Shown piece after piece: positions 29,002 to 40,199 of a stretch of 64,000 nucleotides of DNA (position 1 is its first letter; every line of letters begins with the position of its first letter). Source of the DNA: a virus (lineage: Duplodnaviria > Caudoviricetes). The notes below the pieces were generated by a model. It made no database searches. It saw nothing but the letters and a program-made list of their open reading frames with translations, and was not told where the DNA came from. Made by a program: the position numbers and the translations under genes. The DNA is taken from the IMG/VR virus record IMGVR_UViG_3300042256_000025. One strand, 5' to 3'.

Positions 29002-29517
29002 TTAAATTCCTTCGCGGCGTTTGTCGATCATGCCGCATAAACGTGAAAGGGTGTAGTAGGCGTTAAGACCGTGTAGCCATTCACTGGGGGTATGGGGTTC
29101 GAGGTGACGAATATAGGAGAACTCGGTGCCCCGTCCGTAATCCCCATGCTCACGCTGCCACCGCTTGACGTAGTCCGCTTCACGGCGACGCAGTTCATTC
29201 AAGAGCCGCAGTGTTTGCCGGGGGCCAATCGGGGTAGGTTTCAAACGCCCATAAAACTCGGGTGAAGACAGCATACGGCCGGTTTCCAGTCGCTCCACTA
29301 GATCCATCGCCAGGTCAAAGAATTCATGGGCCTGAATGGTAATCACCTCATCGCCAAAGTGCTTCTTATCCTGATCAAATATAGAACGTGCACGGCGCAT
29401 GACTTTCAGACCATCCAGAATGTCCGCCATGGAATATTCGTAGCCTGGCTGTTCTAAAGGTGCACTGTAGAGCTCACACAGACGCTCCCAGTCCACTGGA
29501 TTGGTTACAATATTCAT
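29002..29517 (-). CDS. Conserved head-region protein (phiKZ gp91-like position)
   Basis: TGATG coupling with the upstream gene. Confidence 0.6.
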   Translation of the reverse strand: MNIVTNPVDWERLCELYSAPLEQPGYEYSMADILDGLKVMRRARSIFDQDKKHFGDEVITIQAHEFFDLAMDLVERLETGRMLSSPEFYGRLKPTPIGPRQTLRLLNELRRREADYVKRWQREHGDYGRGTEFSYIRHLEPHTPSEWLHGLNAYYTLSRLCGMIDKRREGI

Positions 29518-30416
29518 CAGTGACCCTCTTCAATATCCTCGATCTTCGCCGCGATCTTGTTGAGGAGGTTATTGTAATAATCCAATTGACGGCGCAGTTT
29601 CTCTTGCTCAGCCGGATCATCGGTGTTATCCAACTTACGGCGCAGGAGCAACAGGGTAACCTGGAGCTTGTCTTTCTGCTCTTTCGCTTCTTCCAAGCGC
29701 TTGGCCAGGTAAAGGTTGTAGGTACGGCCCAGTGCAAAGACCAAACCACCCACCACCGGCATCAGGTTGGACTGATAGGGATCCAGTTCTCGATTGCCGC
29801 GGGCCAGGGTATCATGGGTCTCAGGTTTGAACTGTACGTTCTTGAGTTTACCAATCACGTTACGGAAGTCCGCGACCTTCACTGCCAGGGTATCCAACAT
29901 GATTGCAAACATCGTCATGTTGTCACGGTCCATGACGTACTCGACATCCATACGGTCAACCGCTGATACCATATCCGGATCCGTAATCAGGCGATTTGTC
30001 ATCACCAGAATCAGTTTACGGGCATAGGTGTTAAAGAAGAAGAGGCCATCCAGATACCGCAGCATGTAAAGTTTCTGATAGTCCAGTGCGTCTTGCAGTA
30101 CCACCGGGCCATAAATCTTTTCAATGTGATCCAGGAACTCACCTTCTTCCTTGATACGGGCGTCGGTTAGCGTGCGTACCAACGTCACAACGTCACCCCG
30201 ATAGTCCTTCACCCGCTGGCGCAGGACCATATCAAGACCTTTAAAGTCAGCCTTCATCAGGTCAGCCATTGCACGGGTATCAATGCCGTACATCTCATTG
30301 GTGATGCGGAGCTCTTTAAAGGCACCCGATGCAGCTTCAACCAGTCGCTTCTTTTCAAAGTTGGGCAGTAGGGACATAAAGAACCCTTTCAACCCCCGTT
30401 CATTTTGCTTACTCAT
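29517..30416 (-). CDS. Inner body/head protein (phiKZ gp90-like)
   Basis: LLPNFEK N-terminus; C-terminal coiled coil. Confidence 0.7.
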   Translation of the reverse strand: MSKQNERGLKGFFMSLLPNFEKKRLVEAASGAFKELRITNEMYGIDTRAMADLMKADFKGLDMVLRQRVKDYRGDVVTLVRTLTDARIKEEGEFLDHIEKIYGPVVLQDALDYQKLYMLRYLDGLFFFNTYARKLILVMTNRLITDPDMVSAVDRMDVEYVMDRDNMTMFAIMLDTLAVKVADFRNVIGKLKNVQFKPETHDTLARGNRELDPYQSNLMPVVGGLVFALGRTYNLYLAKRLEEAKEQKDKLQVTLLLLRRKLDNTDDPAEQEKLRRQLDYYNNLLNKIAAKIEDIEEGH

Positions 30417-30426
30417 TATTCACTCC

Positions 30427-31482
30427 TTACAGTGACGGGGCTTCGCCCAGCTTATAGGCCTTCAGAATAGCATTGATATCCATGGAGCCAGCATTACTAC
30501 CATGCTTCTGGATATCGGCAAAGGTGTATGTGCCGTAGTTATCAATACCACGCTGATAGATCGTCAGGCGCTCTTTACGGGAATCCACGACACAGAGTAG
30601 CATAGAGTGGGTGGTCTTGAAGTACTCCATACGGGTACGGCCTGACTTCAGCTTACCCTTAAGTGCTACCTCGAGTTCTTCCGCAGCGGCCTGGGTGATG
30701 ATCGCCATGGTAGACGCGGTGTTAACGGACTTGTCCCCACCGCTTACGACTTGATCGATAATGGATTTGAATCGGCGAGAGCGCGCCGTCTTATAAATGT
30801 CGGCCTCATCATTGATTAGGGCCTTGCGGTCCTTTTCCAGTAGATCCAGACCGAACAAGTAATCCACGAAAGATTCGATTTCACCCGAGCGCCACTTATG
30901 GTAGCGACCTGCCATGCTGGTGTCTTCAGACGTCATCGCCAGTACCCGGGGAATAGAATCGGAGTTAATGATTTTCGGGTTCAATACCAAGGACACCGGA
31001 ATAGTAGTGGACTTATCCCCTACACCGATCTTAACGTGCATCAGGCGACCGACAGCCAGGTTCGCCTGTTCGTTCAATTCTTTCTGGCTGTAGTCTTCCT
31101 GTGAGACCGTAAAGAGCGGCAGGTCCATGGACTCCATGCCACCGGCAATATTCGCTGCGGAACGCGCTAACACCCGTCCTGCATCACGGTCTGTTGAGAA
31201 CTTATCCAAAAGGCTAATCGTATTGACGCCCATGACATTGACCGATACCGCCACCGCCTGTAGGTAGTGGGCGGCATATATGGATGACAGTGTCTGCATC
31301 AGGTTTTGCTGAACGTCATCGGGCAAAACCGTGATGCTGCGATCTACCAGTACAATGGGGTTCAGACGGGTAGACGACGTATATTCAGGTAAAGAATCGA
31401 CCCCTGAGTCGGCCATCGCCATCGCCAATTGGCGGGCGATCTTTTGAGGGGATACGAGTTTGGAGATATCAATGTTAACCAT
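30427..31482 (-). CDS. Inner body/head protein (phiKZ gp89-like); start MVNIDI at 31482
   Basis: YLQAV, NLAVGR, RYHKWRSGEI and DINAILKAY motifs; GAGG SD. Confidence 0.7.
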   Translation of the reverse strand: MVNIDISKLVSPQKIARQLAMAMADSGVDSLPEYTSSTRLNPIVLVDRSITVLPDDVQQNLMQTLSSIYAAHYLQAVAVSVNVMGVNTISLLDKFSTDRDAGRVLARSAANIAGGMESMDLPLFTVSQEDYSQKELNEQANLAVGRLMHVKIGVGDKSTTIPVSLVLNPKIINSDSIPRVLAMTSEDTSMAGRYHKWRSGEIESFVDYLFGLDLLEKDRKALINDEADIYKTARSRRFKSIIDQVVSGGDKSVNTASTMAIITQAAAEELEVALKGKLKSGRTRMEYFKTTHSMLLCVVDSRKERLTIYQRGIDNYGTYTFADIQKHGSNAGSMDINAILKAYKLGEAPSL

Positions 31483-31507
31483 GATGAACCTCAATGAGAG
31501 AAAAAAT

Positions 31508-32599
31508 ATGAGTAAAGCAATACGTGACATACTGGACGCCACTTCACTAGCACAGGGGTTCGGTAAAACCAGCGCGGCGACCGCCAACGTATTTAAAGGC
31601 ATTAACCATCGAGGCACCGGCAACGTCGTGCCGGCAAATGTCGATAATCAGGGGTTAACCTTTTTTACGAAACCCAATTTGAATTTGTCATACGATAACG
31701 TGCGGAGCGTGCGGCGCTTGAGCTTTCTAGCCAATGCGGGGGAACGTTCCCTGGGTGCAGTCATTCGCTGCCTCCTTTCCCCTCGGGTCGATTCCTTTAT
31801 AGATGGTCGTTGGTCACTGTCGCGATCAGGGGGTGATGATGTCAAAGATATACGTACTCCGCTGGTCGATGACCGTTATGCCTTTATTACACCGCTCTCT
31901 AACTTGCTGATCAGTATGTCAGGCTGGCCGGATACAAACATGGACAGTTTCATTACCAATGAGGGGATGCGTAAAGAAGTAACCGGGTGGATTGAATCAC
32001 CACCGGATAACTTCAGTAGCTTTAACCTAACGACTAACTTTCAGAATATTGACGGGGATCCCATTACAGCGATGTTTGCTGTATGGTTAGAGTATGCCGC
32101 GCGAGTAAAGGATGGGACACTGAACCCTTATCCACAGATGATCTTAGAAAACGAGATCGACTACAATACCCGCATCTACCGCATCATTCTAGACCCCACG
32201 CGCACCTTTGTCCGCAAGATCGCGGATTGTGGTGCGGCGTACCCTACAGTCAATCCAATCGGGGCGGCCTTTAACTACAACAGTGAAAGTTTCTTTACTG
32301 AGGATACCAGTCAGCTCTCGATTGACTTTCAGTGTTTCGGCGTACGGTACAATGACCCCATTACTATCTATAACTTTAACCGTACGGTACAGACGTTTAA
32401 CTCCTCGATGAAAGACAGTCGGCGAAAGGATGCGATGCAGAAGTTAACGCCTCAAGAGAAACGACTGTTCAACTATCGAGGCTACCCCCGCATTTCAGAG
32501 AATTATGAATTAGAGTGGTACGTTCCCAAAGCGGAATACCAGCAGGTTATCTCAATGGCTGGCATTGACGTACCCACCAACATCGGACAGGTTTTATAA
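31508..32599 (+). CDS. Virion structural protein (phiKZ gp88-like, tail/baseplate)
   Basis: GLTFFTKP.LNLS and NEIDYNTRIYR..LD motifs. Confidence 0.7.
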   Translation: MSKAIRDILDATSLAQGFGKTSAATANVFKGINHRGTGNVVPANVDNQGLTFFTKPNLNLSYDNVRSVRRLSFLANAGERSLGAVIRCLLSPRVDSFIDGRWSLSRSGGDDVKDIRTPLVDDRYAFITPLSNLLISMSGWPDTNMDSFITNEGMRKEVTGWIESPPDNFSSFNLTTNFQNIDGDPITAMFAVWLEYAARVKDGTLNPYPQMILENEIDYNTRIYRIILDPTRTFVRKIADCGAAYPTVNPIGAAFNYNSESFFTEDTSQLSIDFQCFGVRYNDPITIYNFNRTVQTFNSSMKDSRRKDAMQKLTPQEKRLFNYRGYPRISENYELEWYVPKAEYQQVISMAGIDVPTNIGQVL

Positions 32600-32608
32600 G
32601 GACACTCC

Positions 32609-35464
32609 ATGGATACCTTACGTGAAAAGCTTCTACAGGAGCTGGATCAATACTACGCCAATCCAGGGTCCATTCAACAGGTTGCGTTGGATATACTCGA
32701 GGAGGCTGTGGATGGTAGCATCAACATCGTTGATCCATCTAGCCCATTTATGTTTTTACTAGAGGCCAGTGCAACCAATACCAGCACGGCTATTCTAAAG
32801 GCACAGTCGGTCATGCGCAGGCTCTACCCGATGCTTGCAACCAACTATGCAGAACTTTACCACCACATGGCGGATGAGGACTACTTAGATCGATTTGCAA
32901 CACCCAGTCGTACAACCCTCACACTGGTGGTACCCGTAGAGAGCGTCAAAACAGCCGCGGTTATGGATACACAAGCTGGGGTACGGCGTTTAACCATTCC
33001 AAAGGACACCGTTTTTCGTGTAGGGGGAATTGATTGGTTTGTTCACTATCCAATCGAAATTACGGTTACCCCAACCAACGTTATTCAGGTCAGCTACGAC
33101 CTTGCACCCTTTTCACCACTGTTACCCAAAGACGCTAACGCATTGGACTACCGTACCGTGCAGTCTGTCAATGGCGATGAGCTGGTTATCGATCTTCCGG
33201 TCGAACAGGTGTCTGTGGTTAGCCATACTACCCCCATGTCACCCTCGACAGGTTTCAGTGCCCTCTATCCGATTACGGATCAGTTTTACTATGTACGTGC
33301 CTATTGGCGTGAAGAGAGTGGTGCATGGAATGAAATGTCGACCACCCACACAGATCAGGTCTTTGATACAACTCGCCCTACAATGATCGTTAACGTAGAG
33401 GACCGTGCTGTTCGCTTAACCATCCCGGACATCTACACGACCCAAAATATGGTAGGGGACCATATTCGAGTTGACCTCTTTACGACTAAGGGTAAGGTTA
33501 ACATTGACCTGCAAGATTTTAGCTCGGCTGACTTCTCGGGTCGCTGGCAAGATCTGAATGGTACTAGTAGTACCTACGTTCAAGCCCTACAATCATTAAC
33601 TGACATTCAGCTATACGCGTTAGCCGATGTGGTGAGCGGTCGAGACGGCCTCTCCTTTGAGGCACTGCGGGATCGGGTAATTTATCGCAGTGCGGATAAG
33701 CGTGCCAGTATCACCTTTGAAGAACTGGCCTATGAGGTGCGTGATAAAGGATATACGCTGTCGAAGGCTAAAGACACCATTACCGAGCGACTATATACCT
33801 GTGCACGGCCTTTGCCTGCACCGGTTGATAACGCGGTGTCAACGCCCATTGGTGTTAAACATAGCCGTGTGGCCCTTTGGAGCGGCAACGGGCAATACAG
33901 TTATAGTTTAACCAGGAACGGTGACCGGGTAACGTTGACAAACCAGGCACTTTTACAGGAAGCCAATGGGACACTTTCCCTATTGAAGGATAGTGAACTG
34001 GATGCGTTAGCCGCACTGTCTCCCGATCAGTTAATTAGTCGATTGAATGAGGGTAACTTGTTCTACAACCCATTCTTCTACGTGGTTGAGTCGAATGTGG
34101 ATGTTTACCAAGCACGACCCTACTACCTGGATAACCCACGGAGCATAAACCGCAGCTTTATCGATAGTAACAAGTCGATCTGGTTTGCAGTCAATACCCG
34201 TCGGGTAGACTGTATGCGTGATGGCAACCAATATCACATTACGATGCGGGTGGATATTCCGAATGGGTTGACAGGTTTACATGGCCAGTTAACGGTTACG
34301 GACGTCAGTGGCCAGGAGTACCACGTACAGTCAGTAGAGACGACCTATGACAGTAAGGTCGCCTATGTACGATTTGTACTGGAGACATCCTTTGATGTGG
34401 ATGCCGATGATCGGATTGAAATCACGAATCTGAAAACCGAGAGCGGTGTAATATCAAATGTACTGGTTGACCTCGAAAGTGATGTAGAGGTATACTACTA
34501 TAAGGAGAGTAGCCTAACTGAAGTGACGGACTTCGATTACCGCATACATTCTACCTTAACCGGTAACTGGGTAGCGGCCACCCATGAGCGCCACCGCATA
34601 CGCTTAGGGGATAGTTTGGAGGGCCTTTCCTGTCGAGCAGAAGCCATTGTCTCTACGCCTATTTACCGTCGGTATGAAGAAGACGTTATTAAGCGCTATG
34701 CAGCGCCTGTCTATGAGCGTGACGATGAGGGCAATCTGGTATGGACGGTTGATGGAGTCACGGGTAAACCCGTGTTCAATATCCTTCACGAGGCGGGTGA
34801 CCCAGTGACAGATGATGAGGGTGCCCCTGTCCTACTCCACCGTGCCGGAGACGTCATGTTGGACAGCCTGGGTAAGCCAATCATCGATGAGCCAGCCGAC
34901 GTTATCTGGGAGTTGACAATGATGTCACTCGATGCCCGCTATCGCTATGCACAGAGTGCATCGGCGGAACGATACCGTAACTCGATAGGTCCACAGGTAC
35001 TCGCGTTCCTTACTCAGGACTTACGAGCGTTAGAACCTCGACTCATGGCCCGTACTGAGCTGGAATACCTGCCCAATGCATCGGTGGGCACCGCACTGGC
35101 CACCGTGGAGTCTAAGCAAGATGTGTTTTTGGATACGGCATTGGGCTTCACCATCAACTACATCATGTCGGAAGTCGGATACGCCGATAGTGCGTTACGC
35201 ACTCAGGTCGTTGAGGCTACACACGAGGCACTACGGGCCACGCTATATAAGCGCACCTTTTCTCTCTCTGAGTTAACCCGTGCACTTCAGGCGATAAGCG
35301 ATCACATCGTCAGTGTCTCCATCGAGAACCCCATCGATGGGTATAGCATGGCGAAGCTGGTGTCTGAGAACGCCTACTTCTCCTTGAGAGCAGAGTTGTA
35401 CCAGCGCACCAACGGCGTGTTGGATATCCGTGATGCGGTAGAAGTAAACTTCTTGTCCATATAA
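32609..35464 (+). CDS. Large baseplate-type structural protein (phiKZ gp87-like)
   Basis: 951 aa; DPSSPF.FLLE, YP.LA....LYHHM.D.DY, TTKG and F.ALRDRVI motifs. Confidence 0.7.
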   Translation: MDTLREKLLQELDQYYANPGSIQQVALDILEEAVDGSINIVDPSSPFMFLLEASATNTSTAILKAQSVMRRLYPMLATNYAELYHHMADEDYLDRFATPSRTTLTLVVPVESVKTAAVMDTQAGVRRLTIPKDTVFRVGGIDWFVHYPIEITVTPTNVIQVSYDLAPFSPLLPKDANALDYRTVQSVNGDELVIDLPVEQVSVVSHTTPMSPSTGFSALYPITDQFYYVRAYWREESGAWNEMSTTHTDQVFDTTRPTMIVNVEDRAVRLTIPDIYTTQNMVGDHIRVDLFTTKGKVNIDLQDFSSADFSGRWQDLNGTSSTYVQALQSLTDIQLYALADVVSGRDGLSFEALRDRVIYRSADKRASITFEELAYEVRDKGYTLSKAKDTITERLYTCARPLPAPVDNAVSTPIGVKHSRVALWSGNGQYSYSLTRNGDRVTLTNQALLQEANGTLSLLKDSELDALAALSPDQLISRLNEGNLFYNPFFYVVESNVDVYQARPYYLDNPRSINRSFIDSNKSIWFAVNTRRVDCMRDGNQYHITMRVDIPNGLTGLHGQLTVTDVSGQEYHVQSVETTYDSKVAYVRFVLETSFDVDADDRIEITNLKTESGVISNVLVDLESDVEVYYYKESSLTEVTDFDYRIHSTLTGNWVAATHERHRIRLGDSLEGLSCRAEAIVSTPIYRRYEEDVIKRYAAPVYERDDEGNLVWTVDGVTGKPVFNILHEAGDPVTDDEGAPVLLHRAGDVMLDSLGKPIIDEPADVIWELTMMSLDARYRYAQSASAERYRNSIGPQVLAFLTQDLRALEPRLMARTELEYLPNASVGTALATVESKQDVFLDTALGFTINYIMSEVGYADSALRTQVVEATHEALRATLYKRTFSLSELTRALQAISDHIVSVSIENPIDGYSMAKLVSENAYFSLRAELYQRTNGVLDIRDAVEVNFLSI

Positions 35465-35468
35465 GACA

Positions 35469-35498
35469 GCCCCCTACCCCCATAATGGGGGTAGGGGC
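35469..35498. terminator. Stem-loop between convergent genes
   Basis: CCCCTACCCCCA/TGGGGGTAGGGG inverted repeat. Confidence 0.7.
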
Positions 35499-35504
35499 GT
35501 CTAT

Positions 35505-36725
35505 TTACTTTTTATTGCTCTCAGCTTCGTCTAAGACCATATTGAGGGCACGTACAATTGTACCGCGTCCCTCATTGACCCGACTCTGCAGTACCAGAGA
35601 CTGTTGCATAGCCTTGCCAAAGCGCATGAGGGTACTTAAACCTCCCCGCACTACATCGATGTAATCTGGAAGGGCACCTGAGTAGTTTACTTTAACTGCC
35701 GCATCGGTGGCCTTTTGGATGCCCTTTGAAACCTTCTCCATCTCGCGCTCTACTGTACTTACCGTTGCAGCGTAGGCACGCTGTGGTCGAGAGGTATCCT
35801 CAGCCTCGAACAGTCCTGCTTTGTACATTCGCTCGAGGCCACTGATAGTCGCACTTTCAGTACGGTCGTTATCCCTGAAGTAGTTGGTAAGGTCTATACG
35901 GGCCTGTAACACGTCCAGCAGTATAGGTGGTGTCGTGTAACCGATGTCACGCTGCGCATGGGTTTGAAGAGCAAGGTCGACAGTGGGGACCTGTGTAGGT
36001 GCGCCCTTATGGTACCTATCAATGGACTCGCACATTTCATTCAGGGGGCTGAGCCAGAGGGAATTATACGCATCGTCAGTATCGTCATAAAGGTTCTGAA
36101 CGTATAGGTCCATGCGGGGATTACCTGAACGTGTTAACTCATCCACCAGTGCATCGGTTTGAACACGCATGGCTTTAACGATTTCCAGAGAGATCTCGTT
36201 CATCTCATTAAGGACGCCGTATAGTTGGTCATTCGTATAGAGGTCATTCGAAGAATCCTCCACCCATTGGCACAGGAGCGACCCTGCTACGCGATTATAC
36301 GTGTTGTTAGTGCCTTCTGCCTGCATCTTCTTCCAGGCGGCAATCACCCGATCATACCACTCTTTAAGTTTAGCGGGCATGTCTGAGCGAAGAAACGCTT
36401 CTATAAGCTCACGCAACTTATCGCTAATCCAGCGTGTAATTTTTACCCACAGGTCGATGAGTTTCATGATGGCAATCGACGCAGATTTCAGCATACGTCC
36501 AACCAAACCCTCCATCGCAAACCCTAGGTTAGTCTCAGAGGGAAAGCGCGTATAGGAAGCTAATGGATAGTCAGCAGTAACCAGTTCAGGGCAATACTCT
36601 TCCAGCGCCACAACCGTATCACGGGCAATGCCCTGTGCCTCAATTTCACGAATCGCGATGGCTAGGGCATCCAATTTAAAGCATTCTCTCTGATAGGCCT
36701 GCTCTAAGGCTTCAAATTCGTTCAC
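35505..36725 (-). CDS. Head protein with cleaved propeptide (phiKZ gp86-like position)
   Basis: ALE and AME sites, YT.FPS.TN motif, then an amphipathic helix. Confidence 0.65.
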   Translation of the reverse strand: MNEFEALEQAYQRECFKLDALAIAIREIEAQGIARDTVVALEEYCPELVTADYPLASYTRFPSETNLGFAMEGLVGRMLKSASIAIMKLIDLWVKITRWISDKLRELIEAFLRSDMPAKLKEWYDRVIAAWKKMQAEGTNNTYNRVAGSLLCQWVEDSSNDLYTNDQLYGVLNEMNEISLEIVKAMRVQTDALVDELTRSGNPRMDLYVQNLYDDTDDAYNSLWLSPLNEMCESIDRYHKGAPTQVPTVDLALQTHAQRDIGYTTPPILLDVLQARIDLTNYFRDNDRTESATISGLERMYKAGLFEAEDTSRPQRAYAATVSTVEREMEKVSKGIQKATDAAVKVNYSGALPDYIDVVRGGLSTLMRFGKAMQQSLVLQSRVNEGRGTIVRALNMVLDEAESNKK

Positions 36726-37480
36726 AGTTGATACCCCTGTACCAATTGCAGCGGCTTAATTTCCACCGCAGCATCCTCTTCGATCATTAAGCGGTCCTCG
36801 ACAATGTCAGTAACCGCATCCGCTAGGTTCCTGTTACGCCATGCATTCGTAAACAGCAGTTCGATCCACTCACTGTCAACTTCGCTGGTAATCCGCAACG
36901 TACGCACCACCTCATACTCCCTCGCCAGAATGGCTAGGATGCTACGAATGAGACAGCTATAGTCAGACCACGCATCTCGACCCATCTCTGGATGGAGAGG
37001 TGCAATGGCTTCAATGTGGGCAGGGATGGATTGTACAATTGTAATGGGGAGGCGTCCAGATTCAAACAAACTCACCATCTCATCCTGTTGAGGTAACAGA
37101 TTCACCTGAAGGATATCGAGCATAGCCTTTTCAAGGCGAACCTTGTCATCACAAAGATCCTCGAACGGCTCGAGGCTACAAACCATAGGGGATAGACAAA
37201 CCTCTGCACGGGCGGCCATAAGGCCACGGGCATATTCCAACACCATGGCCTTTTCAACGTACACATACTTCGAAAGCTCAGCGATGCGTTTACAAATTTC
37301 AGTCTTGTAGACGTTATCCCAGTGAAGTTTCATTTCATATGCGTTCTTCGCTATGGTCACCGGCACGTCTACACAGACCGCCCAAGCCGCCAATGCGGCG
37401 CGGGTTGATAAGTTAATGGCACCGATGGAGAGGGGCGCCTGTTTAGCAATGTCTATATAAATAGAAGCGATAGGGTTCAT
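36722..37480 (-). CDS. Conserved hypothetical protein (phiKZ gp85-like position)
   Basis: 252-aa ORF within the operon. Confidence 0.6.
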   Translation of the reverse strand: MNPIASIYIDIAKQAPLSIGAINLSTRAALAAWAVCVDVPVTIAKNAYEMKLHWDNVYKTEICKRIAELSKYVYVEKAMVLEYARGLMAARAEVCLSPMVCSLEPFEDLCDDKVRLEKAMLDILQVNLLPQQDEMVSLFESGRLPITIVQSIPAHIEAIAPLHPEMGRDAWSDYSCLIRSILAILAREYEVVRTLRITSEVDSEWIELLFTNAWRNRNLADAVTDIVEDRLMIEEDAAVEIKPLQLVQGYQL

Positions 37481-37490
37481 ATCAGGGTCC

Positions 37491-38798
37491 TTACGCGAGT
37501 TGGTCTAAACGCTCAGCGTCTACATATAAATGGGTAGCCAGCAAGTCTTCGAGCTGCTGCTGGAGCTTAATGCTGGAACGCTGCTTATTGAATTTGGGGC
37601 GGAGTAACGTCGCAATGTTTTGGGCGAGAGTCAGCGTAGATTCATTGCGGGACTTGATGATCTTAGTGACCGTATCAATCTCTTCCACCAGCAATTTACG
37701 TTCATCACGGTCTAGGTCGGCTTCTTTCAATCGCTTAACCATTTCATTGCGAATAACCTCCAGCCGCCGTACAGGTTTGTCGTACCTGTCTTCTAATGGG
37801 TTAATAACCATATAGATGGCAACACTTATAACAGCCATCCCCAACGACGTTACGACCATCATCATAAGTGACGCGCCGGTTACCGCCACACCGCCTGTCA
37901 AAACTGCGACTATAGTCCGAATGGATTTAAGTGCCTTTACCAACATCATTAAAACACGACTGGTATTAGTGTACCCGTCAACTAGTATAGCTTGGAGCTT
38001 ATCCACCCCGGTAGCAAGATCACGCCCGTACCCCATTCGTCCAGCGAACTGATCGGCTAACGCTTCCCATCCGCGCACACTGTAGATATCTTCACCTAGC
38101 AAATTGCGCAGTTTCCTGAAATGGTTATTAAGTAAGAGAACGTACACCTCATCGGAGGAGGAACTATTCACAATGGCGTCGACGTCATCGATCTCAATGG
38201 CACCCCCGTCCTCAAGGGCACGCAGTATTTTGTGTTTATCCACATCACCCTGTACACCGGATAGTCGCGCAGCGGCATCTGAAAGAATGTAGTTGCCGAC
38301 AAAATTGGATCCCAAGAACTCAATGAAGGTAAAGGCATGGCCGAGTTCATGTAACATGAACGCCACATATTCCCGTACCGTTACACGAAATCCCATTATT
38401 GCCTTAGGGCGCTGTAGGTGAAGGGTAAACTCTAGTTTAGCGTAGTCACCGGTCACCTTAGCTTGAGCGCGGTTCACAGTACCTTCAACCAGTGATAGGT
38501 CATCGAAAGGAGCTTTAGACTTCGATCGAGTGGCGTGTCGACGCATCACCTCTGGTAAGAACGGGTGGTTACGGTCGAGGATGGGTGGGGCGATAGCGAA
38601 TTTAGGGTAGTTGTGCCACTTCACATCCGCTAACGTAATTCCACAGTGGCGTTTAACCGCCTCGATAATCTGCCGACCAGACTCTACATCCTTATACACA
38701 CCATCGTACATACCTTGAACAATGCGCTCAATTTCAATGGGCAGGGGATGATCTTTCTGGAAATCAATGGCTTCCAAACCTAACTTAAGGCGATTCAT
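37491..38798 (-). CDS. Virion protein with zincin-like HExGH motif and a hydrophobic hairpin (phiKZ gp84-like)
   Basis: GLEAIDFQ, LHELGHAFT and EALADQFA.RMGYG motifs; long hydrophobic stretch. Confidence 0.7.
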   Translation of the reverse strand: MNRLKLGLEAIDFQKDHPLPIEIERIVQGMYDGVYKDVESGRQIIEAVKRHCGITLADVKWHNYPKFAIAPPILDRNHPFLPEVMRRHATRSKSKAPFDDLSLVEGTVNRAQAKVTGDYAKLEFTLHLQRPKAIMGFRVTVREYVAFMLHELGHAFTFIEFLGSNFVGNYILSDAAARLSGVQGDVDKHKILRALEDGGAIEIDDVDAIVNSSSSDEVYVLLLNNHFRKLRNLLGEDIYSVRGWEALADQFAGRMGYGRDLATGVDKLQAILVDGYTNTSRVLMMLVKALKSIRTIVAVLTGGVAVTGASLMMMVVTSLGMAVISVAIYMVINPLEDRYDKPVRRLEVIRNEMVKRLKEADLDRDERKLLVEEIDTVTKIIKSRNESTLTLAQNIATLLRPKFNKQRSSIKLQQQLEDLLATHLYVDAERLDQLA

Positions 38799-38862
38799 GT
38801 TCTGTACCTCGATAGATTAAAGTTTAGCGGATGCCCCGATCGTTTGAATGAAAGGAGGATCC

Positions 38863-40199
38863 ATGGATATTGTAAGTAGAGCCTGTTTCTTTGCCCACTA
38901 TAGTGAGGCATCCGATAAGTCGAAAAACGACATGATTTTGATCAAAGAGCGTTTGAAGGATGCCGATGGTAACGAGCATCCAAACCTTCGCACTCTTTAT
39001 AATTTTGAACGGCCGTTCTATGTTACCCGGAAGGGGGCACAGACCCATCAGACTAAAAAGGAATACGAGACACTTGAGAATTTAAACGTCTACAGCAGTA
39101 CACAGGCCCGACTGCCGTTTGCAGTCGCACGTGTACTGGATGTGCACCATCCTCGACCTAGACTACGGCAACTGTCTAACAGTCCGTACCTCTATGGCAC
39201 AGATATTAAACCTGAGTCAATTATTAAACATCAGTACCGCACTAAGTACCCGATGTATCAACCCAAGGCGACAGTGGCCGCACTGGACTTTGAGACTAAT
39301 GTCTGGTCTGAGGATGAAGAGATTATCTCAGGGGCCGTTACGTTCAAAGACAAGGTTATTTACGTTGCCTCTGAGACACTGATGGGAAACGTACCTGATG
39401 CGGTGGCCCGTATTGAGGCTAACTTTGATAAGTATCTGGGACACTATCGAAAAGAGCGTAACATAAAGTTACATGTACGCATTGTTAATAATGACCTGGA
39501 AGTCGTATTGTTGCTTTTTAAGGCCCTACATAAGTGGCAGCCTGATTTTGTCTCCATCTGGAACATGTCGTTCGATATTAATAAGATCCTCGATACCTTA
39601 AAGCGCCACAACGTAGATCCCAAATATGTCTTCTCAGATCCCTCTGTCCCTGAAGTCTATAAACGCTTCAAATGGCGTGAGGATAATCCTCAGAAAACCA
39701 CGGCCACAGGGAAGACCACCAGCAAGCATATTGCAGACTACTGGCACGTAGTCGAGGCCCCTGCAAGCTTCTATATCATTGACTCGATGTGCTATTTCAA
39801 GCGTAACCGTGTCATGGAGGGCGCTCGACACAGCTACTCCTTAGATGCCATCCTAACCGAGGAACTTGGGCTAACGAAATTCAAGTTACCGGAAGCCGAT
39901 CAGTATGAAGGGCTAGAGTGGCACCAAGTAATGCAGCGAGACTTTAAGATCGAGTACGCAACATACAACATCTTCGACTGCATTGCGTTGGAGCTATTGG
40001 ACGAAAAGACCAACGACATCAGTAAGGCTCTGCCGGCTGCAGCGGGCATCTCCCCGATTGAGGACATCGCTTCTGGTCCCCGTAACCTAGCGAATAACCT
40101 TCATTTTTTCCTAGAAGAGCAGGGTAAAATAATTTGCTCCACTGGGGAAACCATGCGGGAGGACTATGACGGGGATACTATTCCCATGACGGGGTGGAT
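38863..40199 (+). CDS. Family-B DNA polymerase subunit (phiKZ gp82-like, 3'-5' exonuclease domain), exon 1
   Basis: ExoI LDFET, ExoII WNMSFDI and ExoIII YNIFDC; AAGGAGG SD; ends ...GW-AT at the splice site. Confidence 0.85.
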
